A stretch of 64,000 nucleotides of DNA from Lobosporangium transversale (lineage: Eukaryota): positions 310,001 through 374,000 of the forward strand of contig NW_019029002.1 of NCBI RefSeq assembly GCF_002105155.1, given 5' to 3'. Positions within the stretch are counted from its first letter, which is position 1, and each line of letters opens with the position of its first letter. The notes under the pieces were generated by a model, which was given only the letters and a program-made list of their open reading frames with translations, was not told where the DNA came from and did not search any database. Below, piece by piece: positions 11,763 to 24,795 of the stretch. Position numbers and translations under genes: made by a program.

Positions 11763-14207
11763 CTGAATGAGCATTTGACTTACTGGTACTTGATATCTCA
11801 CTCTGGACCGCTTCTGCTCTGTGTGGGACACATCTACAACATGTCCTTCCATGAGAGCCTTCAAGCGCTCCGCAGTAATAGTACTCCTCATTTCGACCAC
11901 ATGTCGATATCCAAAGGACGACTTGATTTCAAACGGTCGCGCCCCGCCTAGATAATCAGTCCATGACGCCAATAATTTTGTTCTTTGGGACTTCAGGCTT
12001 TTAAGCTCATCATGAAGATTGTTTAAAGTTGGACTCACACCTTGATTGATGAACCCATATTCTTGGCTCTGCTGTCCCATATTTTCATCCACCACATCTC
12101 TAATCAATTTGCAGATATGTTCCAGCCCACAGATATTGTCTACGGTTTCCTGGACGAGGACTGGTATAGAAGCGTTGCTTAGACTTTGTTCGATAGGATG
12201 CTTTCTAATACTTTGTTCAAGCATTATCTTATCTGACAGCCGAAGCTTGATTTTCTGAAGCGCTTCGAGTGTAGTTCGAATGGCAACTAGATCTTGTGGG
12301 TCGATCTGTCCAAGAGATAGTTTTTGGATGGCACGTTGTGCATCTCGGCACTGTGTCAAATAGACCTCAATATCATGGATTAAGTGGCTATCTTGACCAA
12401 AGAATTCGACCATGTCCAAGCGATTATTGATTTTGTCAACGTTGGTTAAAGGTGAAGCTATCATGAGAAGAAGTTTTCCTTTGATTTAGATGCACATAGT
12501 TCACCTCTTGCGAAATAAGAAATGTCTTTGTGAAGAGAATATAACCTTACTCAACCAGCTGGCTAGTAATCGAGATCCTGCTTTAGTCTTTGTCTTGTCC
12601 AGATGGTAGAGCAAGCTTCCTGTCCTGGAAGCGTCTCTCAATGTTCTGACCAATTCTAGCGCCTCGATTGTGTTCTTATCAATCTTCATAATTGAGTCAT
12701 CTTGCCATTTGGTTGGCTGCTGCACTACTGGTCGCCTTCCCATTTGTGTATGGTTAACATATCTCAAGATGGACAAACATGCTGACTGCTCTCGATTAGA
12801 GAAAGATCTGAGATACTGTGGATTGAAGCCAAGTTGTTCTTCTGCCTCTTTGAGGATTTCATTCTCGACTTGCGCTGCCATCTGGGCCGCACTTCGCATG
12901 TCCTCAAAGTCTATAACGAATTTCCCCATCTTTTGGATAGTCTGCAGTACCGGATGTTCCGGGTCTCTGCGCAGATTTGAGTTTAAGATGATTTCACGTG
13001 GCCGAATACGAGCTAGATCATTGCCAAAGCTGTCAAAAGTAGTTTCCTGTGTGAAGAAGTCACCGGTGGAGAGGTCAAGCCAGGAAAGCCCTAAGAAGCG
13101 ACTTGTTTTCTCTGTAGCTACAGCCAAAAGCCAATTGTTTTCGCCTTGATCCAAAAATTGTTCATCAATTAGTGTTCCTGGAGTCACGATACGATAAACT
13201 GAACGGCGGAATGATCGACTACTCCCTCCATGCTGATGGTCTCCTTGGTATTGTTCGCAGAGCGCGACTTTAAGATTATGTTTACCAACAAGAGTCTCAA
13301 GATGACGATCAAGTTGTCGTATTGGAAAACCAGTGAAAGGTACAACTTGCCCTCCAAATGCCTTTGAGACTACTTTGAGGCCCAACAGATGGCCATACTC
13401 CACTGCATTATGGTCGTAAAGCTAGGATAATGGTTGATACCAGCGTCGATGTTGACATTGGTTTGATAGTCCAGAATTTAGGATCCTTAATGTAATTACA
13501 GAGATATCGAGTAAACTTGAACCTAGAGAATTATTTACCTCGTAAAATTCCCCGACTCTGACCAGTAATACACAATCAGGATAAGTTTTCTCCAACTCCA
13601 AAATCTGCTTCCGTAATGGAGTTAGTCGTACTTTTGATTCAACTGGTTGCGTTATGGTGGTTGTCATTTGAATGATTTCATCTGCTTCTGCCATTTCAAT
13701 GTTCTCAATGGTTTCAACACTACTCTCAGCTTCAAGTACTGGCTTATCTTTCTTTTTTGTGCGTTTCTTCCTCAGATTTGGTTTTGATGAAGCTTCTAAA
13801 GTTGGCCCTGTTATTGGTATCATGATTGGAAATGTTGTTGGATTCGGATTCACGCTCTCCAAATCACTCAGAGACAAGATAGACCTCTTAGGAACGCCAC
13901 CTAACCTTCTCAATGCCTCTGATTCTAAATATCGCAGACTAAACTCCTCTGGCGGCTGTGCCGCTACAGCAGCGTTAGTTTTTGTCCCGCCATTTGATTT
14001 GCCCCACAGCGGTCTCGAAGGGCGAACTGTGCTGGAGGAATGGTTGCGACGTATGGTGGAATTGGTGGCAACAAGAACTTTTTTCCAAGTCTGACCTAGG
14101 GGTTGTTGCGAGATCCCTTTCCATAAAGTAGATGAGATGGATTGTGGGCAAACAGTTTGGACATGTACAAGTCTGAAGTAATACTGATGTCGACATGGTC
14201 CATACAT
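10397..14207 (-). CDS. MSH1: Mitochondrial MutS homolog
   Basis: Exons 14207-13539, 13421-12551, 12457-11784, 11689-11478, 11384-11259, 11169-11043, 10942-10397; alternative start at 14285. Motifs: [50 protein letters not shown]. The basic N-terminus resembles a presequence. Confidence 0.9.
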
Positions 14208-14365
14208 TGCATCTGCTCGTCTTTTTTGAGGCTGTCGAGCTGTGCAGTATTTCAAGGTAAAACAAAAAGGATCTGACAGACCCATTTACCAGTCACGACA
14301 ACTTAAAAAAAGAAGCTCATCTTTGGTTATTGACATTGTCTTCATCCAGGCACATTCTCATCACC
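14208..14365. promoter_or_regulatory. Putative bidirectional promoter MSH1/GUK1
   Basis: Head-to-head start codons about 160 nt apart. Confidence 0.5.
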
Positions 14366-15282
14366 ATGTCTGCAGGTACATACAAATTGGCTGAAGATCC
14401 TAAAGCTTGTATCGAAACAACAAGCTATTAAATCAAAATTTTTTTGAACACTCCACTTCACTCAACCTCTTTCTCTCTGTTCTTTACGCTACTAGTATCT
14501 TCAAGACCTATTGTCCTCTCAGGCCCCTCTGGCGCCGGAAAGTCGACTTTCTTGAAGCGTCTCTTTACCGAGTATCCAGACAAGTTTGGATTCAGTGTCT
14601 CTCGTATGTATCGCTTGCTTTATTGAGTTTTTTGTAATAATGCGCAAAGGACGAAGCGTTGTTGAGGAGTGGTTTTTTAATACTAGATTAGGTCCTCGTT
14701 TTCGTTTTTTATTTTTATTAATTAGATACTACCCGTGCGCCTCGTGCTGGAGAAAGAGATGGTGTCGAGTACAACTTTGTGACTAGAGAAGAGTTTTTGG
14801 CTGGTGTTGCGCGCGGCGAATTCATTGAGTACGCAGAATTTTCGGGAAACTTGTACGGCACCACAATTAATGCTGTTAAAACCGTTGGTGATAAGGGCAA
14901 AATTTGCATCTTGGACATTGATATGCAGGTAGGAAGCAGCATCCTGGTGGAGCTTTATGAGGAGAACCATCTACCGATTACAATCGATTAATTATTCCTT
15001 TTGGACAATATGATAACTTAGGGAGTCAAATTAGTCAAACAGACTGATCTGAAGCCCTACTATATCTCCGTCCAGCCGCCATCAATCGCAGAGCTCGAGA
15101 AGCGTCTTCGTTCTCGGGGTACCGAGAAGGAAGAAGATATCGTTTCGCGTCTTGCCGCGGCTCAGGGCGAAATCGATTATGCTAAGGAGGAAGGCACATA
15201 CGACGAAGTCATTATCAACGACGATCCTGAAACAGCTTATGCCAGATTCAAGGCCTTTATTAATAAGGGTAAATTGGAGTAA
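14366..15282 (+). CDS. GUK1: Guanylate kinase
   Basis: Exons 14366-14375, 14496-14603, 14726-14928, 15022-15282; possible extra terminal exon 15386-15396. Motifs: [54 protein letters not shown]. Confidence 0.95.
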
Positions 15283-16544
15283 AGAATTGAAGGAGCAGAC
15301 AAATGTGTTCCATGGATGAAAGTCTATAAAGTGCTAATGTTTTTTCTTGTTTTCATGCTTTCAATTCTCATTGATTGTTCTTTAGTTACCATCTAATAGT
15401 TATAACGTAGTTACTATAACGACATAAATCCTATTAGAGTAGGACAGACAATAGATATTGTAGAAAAAAAAAAAAAGGTTTTTTAACTTATACGTTGGTA
15501 CTTTGTGCTTACAAAGATTTTTATTTTTATTTCTTGATGAGTGAGCCACGACTGAAGGCGTTCAGGGTATATAAATGAACGTATATGCTCGATACGTCAG
15601 ATCCTATACCCGCTCTATCCATCAATGATTTATGCAATTGGCCGAAAGAAAAAAAAATGTATCTACACAATTGTGCACATGTTAGTTCATTCAAGCCCAT
15701 GGATGGGTATATCCCGTCCTATCGGTTTCCGATACACGTTGGATCTGGATAAACTGGTTATGGAAGGTGACACAGCCATGCGGAATGGATAAAATGATCC
15801 CTCTTTTTAAAGTCCATGTGCTATTATTCATTTTACACACGAAAATTGTATCCGACATTTTTTGCTCACTATCAGTGTCAGCGACAAGTAATTAATGACC
15901 CAAGAAGGTCTTTAAACCAAATAAAAAAAAGAGCATTGTAATCATCATAGTCAATGGGATAGATTGCAATATATATCTCCTTACTACCACAAGGATAAAG
16001 AGACTTCTTCTATTACATGTGTTCTACACATAATCTGCAATCGTAGAGACCCTTCTTGACTTGGTTGACCAGAGCAAGAAAGGAGTTGGCAAGGGTATCT
16101 TCTCCCTTAGTTGGATGATCTCATCAGAGGAGTCTCCATCCATCGGAAGACAAATTGGTAGCACCCAACGCTAGTACAATTGATTGCTATTTGGACCTTT
16201 TATTCCTTGTCCTTGCTCTGATAGCTGCATTTGAACCCAAATTGCTTTTCTCTTTAGCCTCTTCGAGCTTCTAGCCCTTTTTTCTTTACCTTTTACTCTT
16301 AACAAGTCTTTGTCAACAACTCACCCTCACCTTGGTCCTCTTCATCTTTACTCTCTCTTGATCTAAGCATTCGTTCTTTACCACAACTATTATTAGGCAT
16401 GTTCTATTACATTACTACATTCCAATGGCAAATTATTCATCAAAAAATCATTTGGCTACTTCCACCTATTTGCTCATTCTCTTTTTGAATTATAATGCAT
16501 CTCTTTAGTCAAACACGCAAAGTAAAAAGAAAAGAAAAGAAAGG

Positions 16545-16649
<105 letters not shown>

Positions 16650-18271
16650 CAAAGGAGTCAGGAAGCAACATCACGTAACTCCATGTGTGTGCAACGGTAC
16701 CATTTGTGCAGTACATTCTTCATTCCACCACATCAGTTTTATTTCATCTTCTATGGCTGATGGAGTTGTGCCTTTTTTATTTCTTTCTGTGGGTCTCGCG
16801 GGAAAAAAGTGTGCGTCAAACACTTCGTCTCAGTTCATATAACCTTGCTCTTGATTAAACGATGATTGAAAAGGAGAAAATCAGGCACAAAGCACAAACA
16901 AAAAACCCTGACAAAAGACAGTACATCCCCTCCATCATTCTCCACTCCACTATTGGACACATTCATCGTTTGGTTTCCTTAGCCCAGTCTTTTGTAAAGT
17001 TTATGATCTACCCTGTACTTTTTACTGTGATTGTCTGTTTTCATTGGTTTTTTTTTTTTTTTTTTGTCAGGGGCAGGAGAGACATCCCTGGAAAATGTTC
17101 CTGGATGCATTCATGCGCAATTTTTTTTTACCGTCCTTCATCCTTTTTTGCCACCATGAGAATTTTTCGTTCTTTTATTTCATGAAATATCCTGGCTTGA
17201 AGTATCAGTACGTGTTTATGCGTATATGTGTGTGTAGTTTCATGACAAATGCTCTTTGGCTTCGCGGGTTTGCCTTTTGTTGCTTTGAGGCTCAGAAGAG
17301 AGGAGTGTTCTTGTCTAGAACAAATGATTGGGCGTTCGCAACGTCTTGTTTTCTTGATTTCTGAACCGGAGAAGCGCTGTTCTCGGCTCGAGTATGGTGC
17401 TGTCGTCTACTCCTCCTATCTTCTATACTGTATCAAAAAAAGTAGCGACCTGGTTGAATGTTTGCACTGTTCGCTACTACAACATTGCTTCTTTTTGTTT
17501 TTCTTTTTCTTGTACTCTTGTTTGAATGAACACATGGCGAATATTTCATTCATATCCTTGCATTTAGACCGTTGGTTGTCTCCATTTCATATATCTGCTA
17601 TCACTTATTTCCTATAGTTTGTTGTTGTCACATTTCATTTTCACTTATTGTTTGGGATTGCTTTGATCACAATCAGGTCACCCATTATTGCATTCAAGCA
17701 TCAACAATTGATGTATATCTGTTTTTATTGTAAGAAAACACAAAGAAAACATCTGGCGTGACAGCAACAGAAACAGAGGAGGCTGTCTTTTATTGCTATT
17801 TCTTCGTCTCTGTGATATCCATCGACCCTATCCATGTTTATTCCCCTCGTTCCTCTTTTCATGTGCCTGTTTGACCAAATTGTACTCAAATGCACAATGC
17901 ACAACCCTATCATCAATCTTTGACCAATGGACTAAAAAAGCCATTTCACACCTTGCTAATCAACTCGCCTTCCTTACTCCTCCTTCTCCCCCCTTTTTTT
18001 ATCCTCTGCACCTCTTGTCTTTCTTCTTTTTCTTTCTTATCTCTCACCACTTTAACATTGCACGGATACAGATATAACGATTTATTTCAAGCTAATCAAG
18101 CAATAGCCAGTCATCCGAGATCTCACTTGAACGATTTACAGGAAGTGATTTTTATTCAAGCAAACGCATATCTCCTGAATCAACGTACCCTCTTAGTTAT
18201 TATACGGCAACTAGTTCCGTCCTTTGCTAGCTGTCTAATTACAGGGGGCATTCAACTGATATAGTTGCAAA

Positions 18272-20986
18272 ATGGGAGCAGGATGCTGTAAAGAGGAAGC
18301 AATAGATTTTGATGGTGAAAGTAGGTTGATTTGCAAAGAGTAAATGTATCAAGCAGATTATAACATTTTGATACTTACTCGGTTCTCTCTCTTTCCTTTT
18401 CTTTTTCTTTTTTTTTTTTTTTTTATTTTTTTTATTTTTTTTTTTTATTTTTTTTATTTTTGTTTTCATACTATAGTTGAGCTATCACATTTTCATTTGC
18501 TCCGGTCAGTTGGAAAGGGTGCATTTGGGAAAGTAAGGGTTGTTCAACACAAACGAACCAAGGAGATCTATGCACTCAAATATATCAATAAGACAAAATG
18601 TATCCGGATGCGAGCAATCGAAAACATCATTCAGGAAAGACGATTATTAGAAGAAGTTGAGTTCCCACTGATCTGTAACTTACGATACGCATTCCAGGAC
18701 GACGAAAACCTGTTTATGGTTTTGGATCTAATGTTGGGAGGCGACCTTCGTTTCCATCTGGAGCGAGCAGGGCCTATGAAAGAAGAGGTAGTGCGGTTTT
18801 ATGTTGCGGAATTAGCTCTTGCGCTGGACGCACTTCATTCGAGGAGAATTATACACAGGCAAGTTTTTTTTTTTTTTTTTTTTCTTCACATTCATTCAAT
18901 GTTTATCTATTAACGTCTTTTTTTTTTTTTTTTTTTTTGACCACGCTGGACTGAATTTACATATAACAGAGATCTAAAGCCCGATAATGTGTTGCTGGAT
19001 GAACATGGACATGCGCATTTAACCGACTTTAACATCGCAGTATATTACAGCCCCGCCAAACCATTGCTTTCAATAGCAGGAAGCATGGCATATATGGCAC
19101 CTGAAGTGCTCTTACGCAAAGGATATTTTGAATCAGTCGACTGGTGGAGTCTAGGTGTAGTCATGTTTGAATTACTTTTTGGCAAGGTATTATTCCACGA
19201 ATAAGCTTAGGAGGACGTCACCGTAGTAAAATAGACTCTTGATCATGTACTGACCAATGTATTCTTTTATGTTTCAGCGACCATTTCGAGGAAAGAGCAA
19301 TGATCTATTGAAAAATTCAATCCTACGCGATCCTTTGCCATTTCCAGAAAATGCACGAGAAATAGTTAGCGCGAATTGTATTGATGTTCTTTCAAGGGTA
19401 TGTGAGCAATATATTATTACTGCCGCCTATGTCTTCGAATATATTATTTTATAGACAATGAGGGGACTAAATTAATTTGACAATCAAATTTGGTTTTGCT
19501 TACACAGCTCTGTGAAAGGGACATCAAAAAACGGCTCGGTTGTACGCCTGATGGTTTGAATGGATTTAAGAAACATCCGTGGTTTGAAGGTATTGAATGG
19601 GATAAATTAGTCACAAAGGAGGCTACTCCTCCATTTCAGCCAGATGTAAGTGTTTAAAAATAAGATGATGTGCTTTGTGCATGCCAGTATATCTCCTGGG
19701 CAAAAATAATCTCTCTAGTGTAGCTAACCCGTGTGCCTCATTTGCTGTTCATTTTGTAGTCAAAACGCGCCAATTTTGACGCCACTCACGAGCTAGAAGA
19801 ATTGCTGATGGAGGATAACCCATTGAAGGCCAAGAAACGCGCACAGACTACACCAGAGACAGAACTGTCTACAGAGATGCAAATTATGGAGGACCAGTTT
19901 ACAGTATATGATTTCACAAAGGTCAAACGTCCTCATTCAATCAACCGTGGTCGCATTCTTCGTCCTTCGAATGATCCAAAAATGAGCAGTGGAACTTTGG
20001 ATGGAATCGTAACACGGACCAGTAGTGGACGAACTGAACACATGCCTATGATATCACAACCTGCCAAAGTTTATCGGTCAGGAAGCCCCAGTGAACGCGT
20101 TGGACAGGATCGATATAATCATGACGAGGAGCACCTATCACTCACTAACCCTGGAAATCGGAGCTCACCTCTCAGTAGTCCCACGTTAGGAGCATCAAAT
20201 AGCTCAGTAAGTAATGACGACTCCAATAGATATAAGGCCGATTCAGAGAAGGGTGGTTATCTTGAATCACAGCAACAGCAACAACAGCAATCACAACAAT
20301 GGCAAAAGAGGAGGCAGCAAATCCAACAGACATATGAGTCTACACCATTCCAGACTAAAGCTCTAGATGACCTGTTACAAAGTGAGGCCATCATTTTACC
20401 GCCATCATCATTACCTCGTCCATTACAGCCACGAGATAGCGCTACAGGTCTGCGCGCAGGAACTCCTCGGCAACATTCAGATTCGTCTTCGCCGTCTTTG
20501 TCAGCTCATCCTAATGCTCAGTCCTCAGTATCATCCTACGTCACTCCTTCATCTACATGCAGTGTTCCACCTACGTCTCAGAAACCAGTACAGCAGCATC
20601 AGCTGCAGCAACCAAGTTCATACCTCTTCTCGTTACCGGACTCTGGCACAACCTTATCATCCTTTGGCCCTAATTCTAATGTGGCAGATCCTTTACAGGA
20701 TTCAAGCAGTACTCCTCCTGTAGTGCGTAGACCAGTTCGTAGTCGTGGGTCCTCTAATAACACAGTCAACTCAATGCCTGCAGCAATATCTCCATCCACG
20801 GCGAACAACCCAAGAATACCGACACAATACCAGGGAAATGACAGCCCTGATTCTTATCAATCTATGAGCACTGGTAGGGCTATGAACAGCAGCCAGCCTT
20901 CATCTCAGTCATATCAAATCCACGATCAACAGACACGCCCCACAAGTGCCTATACACCAAGCTGTCGAAATGGATCACTTGTATAA
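18272..20986 (+). CDS. AGC kinase of the YANK/STK32 family with long disordered C-tail
   Basis: Exons 18272-18320, 18477-18858, 18970-19186, 19278-19397, 19508-19645, 19760-20986. Motifs: MGAGCC N-terminus, GKGAFGKV, HRDLKPDN, family-typical DFN in place of DFG, NFDATHELEELL. Intron 2 is GC-AG. Confidence 0.9.
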
Positions 20987-21332
20987 GAGACCGAATAGCA
21001 TCTTATCATTCAGGACAACATAGCAAACCAAACCAAGCCTAATTAATCATACAAATCTTGAACCCACACCTCAAAGCATATGACACAAACTATCACGAGC
21101 ATACCTGTAATATATACACTCTCATTAGAAAAGATACATAAACGTAGCAATGATAGGCGAGCCCAATTATGAATGTACCAAAGTAGAAGATAGCACTTAA
21201 GTTTGCGTGCAATGTGCTAAAGACAAGAAATAGCGTGCTAGAAAATGATGTTGATCGCCACATTAGGATCATTGATGTTACTTGATTAAATAGAGCCAGT
21301 ATCCCTTTCTTGTATCTGCACCAGATTTGGCG

Positions 21333-21378
<46 letters not shown>

Positions 21379-21387
21379 AGAGAGAGA
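21333..21387. repeat. Poly(A)43 followed by short (GA)n
   Basis: Read directly. Confidence 0.9.
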
Positions 21388-22416
21388 ATTTGACTTAGAT
21401 ACGAATTAAGGCATCTATTTATTATGCTACATCCCCCTCTTTCTTAAGCTAATTTTGAGCAAGTTGATCTCAGGAACTTGAAAACGTAGAGAGGATCGGA
21501 ATTCACTATGATGATCTAATGACATGGGCAATCTAATGTCGTCCATCATGTCGCAGAATAAGGTTCAATATATCACAAACAACACAACAGGATAAGGGAT
21601 AGGGGATACGTTTAGTTGCTAATAATGGACTTGATGAGGTTACGAAAGCCATACAGAAAACTAACTTTGTCGGTATCATGAGGCAATCTCGTACCCAAAC
21701 AATGAAGATTGACTGAAGATGATTTTGGGAACTCGCATTATAAGTATTTAGAGAGGATGCTCCAGGCCACGAGAGCATGCGGCATGTTATAAAGATGTGA
21801 ATTAGTTCAACAATCATCGTACCCAACGTTTTGCAGGGTCAAAGCTGAGAGGTAAAAGCAAGCAAAGCAAATACACGTTTTTTTGGGAATGAAACAATTC
21901 ACGCACAAGGGGTCTTACCAATTTATGGGAACTTAATAAAGCAAAATTGAGTAAAAAGGAAATAGTCATGTTTAAGCATGCCAACGCGTTTCCGAGTCTA
22001 CAGTAAATTCACTAAACTAATAATTAGTCAAACAAAAAAAAAGAGATCGATGTCTTGATAGACTGTTGGTGGTTTTCATGGTAAGAGAGCTAATTGGTAA
22101 CTGGAAGAAGACTGCATAGAGCGCACGGACGTGTTCTTCGAATATTTCATTTGCGATTTTGAAGGATGATTACAAAATGATTCTGGACAAAACATGATTT
22201 TTTTTTTTTCTTTATTTTGAACCATCAAATAAGCAGGCTTGATTGCTGCAAATAAATGCAGCTCCCAACAGTAATTGATTCAATTTGTTCATAAGATGTG
22301 AATAATACTTTGGTGTGCCGTTTTAACGAGAGTGTTGGGTTTGTGTGCTGATGTTAAGAGAACACAAGCCCAGATATCACCAGGTGCAAAGGGCGCAGAT
22401 CCAATCTACCAAGTGC

Positions 22417-23088
22417 TTAGTAGAGACGGACAGGCTTGTTCATCGAGGACTTGATGTACAAGGTCTTGACGTTCTGCCAGTGCTTCTTGAGAAGGGAAAC
22501 CAAGAAGTTGACGGACATCATGATGTTAGCGAGGAGCTCATCCTCGGTCATCTCAACGTGGCCGACAGCAACACCCAAGCAAAGAACCTTCTTAAGCTGG
22601 AACTTGATGGTGGCACGGATCTCATCAGCCTTCTCACCAATGTTGTCAGAGTGAGTGACTGGGGTGGGGAACTTGCCGGCCTTGTGGAGACCAGGTCCGA
22701 GAAGACGGGGAATCTGCTTGATCAAAGCCTCAGAGGCAATGAAGGCATCGTACTTCTTGGCGAGCTTCTTGATCAACTTCTTGTTCTTGTTGAGCTTCTT
22801 CAAGTCATCAACAGACTGGTATTCCATGCCAATCTCCTTGGCCTGGTCGCAGTGAAGGGCATCACCGAGAATGCACACGGACATCTTGGGGCGGGGGATG
22901 TTGGGGAGACGGACAGAGCCAGAGAAACGCTTATCACGCTGGGGATCGTAGTTCTTGAGACCAATCTGGAGCTCGACAGTCTCAACGAACTTACGCTTCT
23001 TCTCCTCGGACTGCTGCTTGACCTGGCGAACGCTCTCGCGGACGGCCGAAACCTGAATTTTGCTGCTGTTAACGTTGGAAGTAGAAAG

Positions 23089-23122
<34 letters not shown>

Positions 23123-23605
23123 CGAGGGAAAAACGAATATGATATCGTCAGTTAGTTAATGATGATACAATTAACTGATGCTCCTTATTTTCATTGTATT
23201 CTTTTCGTAAACTGCTGTATCCTGCGAACATCGAATGATGTCTATAAAGTATATCGCACTCGCTCATTCTGAGTATGTTGCTCCTTGTAGAAAGATTTGA
23301 TGTGAAAAATAGAAATCTTTAAAAATGAATAGTGCGCCTTGCTACTGAATCGAATTAGCCGTCAAGTCTATTAATTAGAAGTGATCCATGCTTTAATCTA
23401 TTGTAATATTGTTGACGATGAAGATTATGGCCGCGTGCATCATTGTATCCTCGTGTGGTTGTTGATTATATAGAAGTTATTGCTAGACACATGCGTTTAT
23501 AAGAATAGATAGACATATAGATAGATGGGTGGATGGACGGACGGATGGATAGATGGATGGATAGGCCAACGCAAATTCTTTATCACACAGTGTTACATGC
23601 CTCAT
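22417..23605 (-). CDS. RPL1: 60S ribosomal protein uL1 (L1/L10a)
   Basis: Exon 1 is ATGAG (23605-23601), then a GC-AG intron, then exon 2 from 23062 (or 23065) to 22417. Sequence [11 protein letters not shown]...[27 protein letters not shown]...[16 protein letters not shown]...LLKKHWQNV. Strong C/G third-position bias. Confidence 0.96.
23516..23565. repeat. Degenerate (GATA/GATG/GACG)n tetranucleotide repeat in the RPL1 intron
   Basis: atagatagatgggtggatggacggacggatggatagatggatggatagg. Confidence 0.75.
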
Positions 23606-23783
23606 GTTGGTTAGATGGCTACTAAAAATGGGAGGGAGAACAAAGGCGACCACGGACAAAAATGAAATTTATACTTGCCGCAGGCCAAGAAATACTAAGC
23701 CGCACGTTTCTCTTTTGGAACACAACGGTTATTGCTGTGAATACATCCTCTTTCATTTCCCCACATTCTACGCCGCAACAAGC
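23606..23783. promoter_or_regulatory. Putative bidirectional promoter RPL1/RPC11
   Basis: Head-to-head ATGs with 178 nt between them. Confidence 0.5.
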
Positions 23784-24387
23784 ATGTACTTTTGCCCAAA
23801 CTGCTCCAACTTGCTGCTGGTCCAGTCTGACGGTGCACAGCAGCAACTGTATTGTCAAACCTGTCCATATATTTATCCTATTGTCAAAACTGTATGCTTT
23901 CTATCAATTGTGACGATGTGTTTATTTCCAGTTCCTTTTTTTTTTTTGTCAAAAAATTTTATTCGGCAACTGTAATCTCAGCATAAATTCTAATAAAAAA
24001 AATCGATAGATTGTGCAAAGGAAGGCGTTAGAGAGGAAGCAGGTCGATGATGTATTGGGAGGAGACGATGCTTGGGCGAACGTAGATCAGACTGAAGGTA
24101 AAAAGTCCTTTATATGACTGAGTTTATGCTTCACCAAGTGTCTTAATAACCGAAAAGGCGCTGTGGGAGATAGCCGTCATGGTTAGCTGTACATTGCTGG
24201 TCATGAACTAACATTCTTTTATTATTATTCATATAATTTGTTCATGGCAATTGTCTCAGCTTCCTGCCCTCGCTGCGAACATGACCGTGCTTACTATATG
24301 CAGATTCAAACGCGCTCCGCAGATGAACCTATGACTACGTTTTACAAGTGCTGCGATCTAAAGTGTGGCTGGCAGTGGAAAGAATAA
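23784..24387 (+). CDS. RPC11: RNA polymerase III subunit C11
   Basis: Exons 23784-23891, 24010-24097, 24260-24387. MYFCPNCSNLL zinc ribbon, KQVDDVLGG..AW.NVDQTE, and TFIIS-like CPRC...QTRSADEPMTTFYKC. Confidence 0.95.
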
Positions 24388-24795
24388 CGAGATCAGGGAT
24401 GGACGGATTGTCTCCAAACTCTGATCATACTTCTTGGATTTATTTCCTCCGTAGGATATACTAGACCTCTCTTTAGTATTCCTCGACTCGGAGTCTACTC
24501 ACTTGCATATTTACTCTACTAATTAATGTATTATTAAAACGTATTAATATTTTTTTATTGAAAGATTTCCACCAAGACCAGTGTGGTGAAAATTTGTCCC
24601 TGTATAAAAGCAATGAGAGTCACGGTGCACGTGCACAACTTTCTTACATGCTACATGTCATTTGGCAAGTTGCTTTCATCGCCATTCCCATCTTGTCATT
24701 TTTGTTGAAATACCCCTGTCTTCTGCCCTATTCAGCTTTAAGTAATCTGATTCATTTGGTTTCGTGCCTAATAACTGAATAATTGCGCTATCAAT

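Noticed and set aside
15560..16340. Possible degenerate transposon or pseudogene fragments
   Set aside because: No terminal repeats, target-site duplication or recognisable protein motif.
21625..21720. TTGATGAggttacGAAA (hammerhead-like) and TTGATGA...CTGA (C/D-like)
   Set aside because: The core is UUGAUGA rather than CUGAUGA, and I found no flanking stems or convincing guide.
22345..23142. 265-aa plus-strand ORF
   Set aside because: Antisense shadow of the codon-biased RPL1; it ends in a poly(A)-derived Lys run.
23063..23600. Intronic snoRNA in RPL1
   Set aside because: C/D-like boxes appear mainly on the antisense strand, with no sense-strand canonical pair; an H/ACA RNA cannot be judged by eye.
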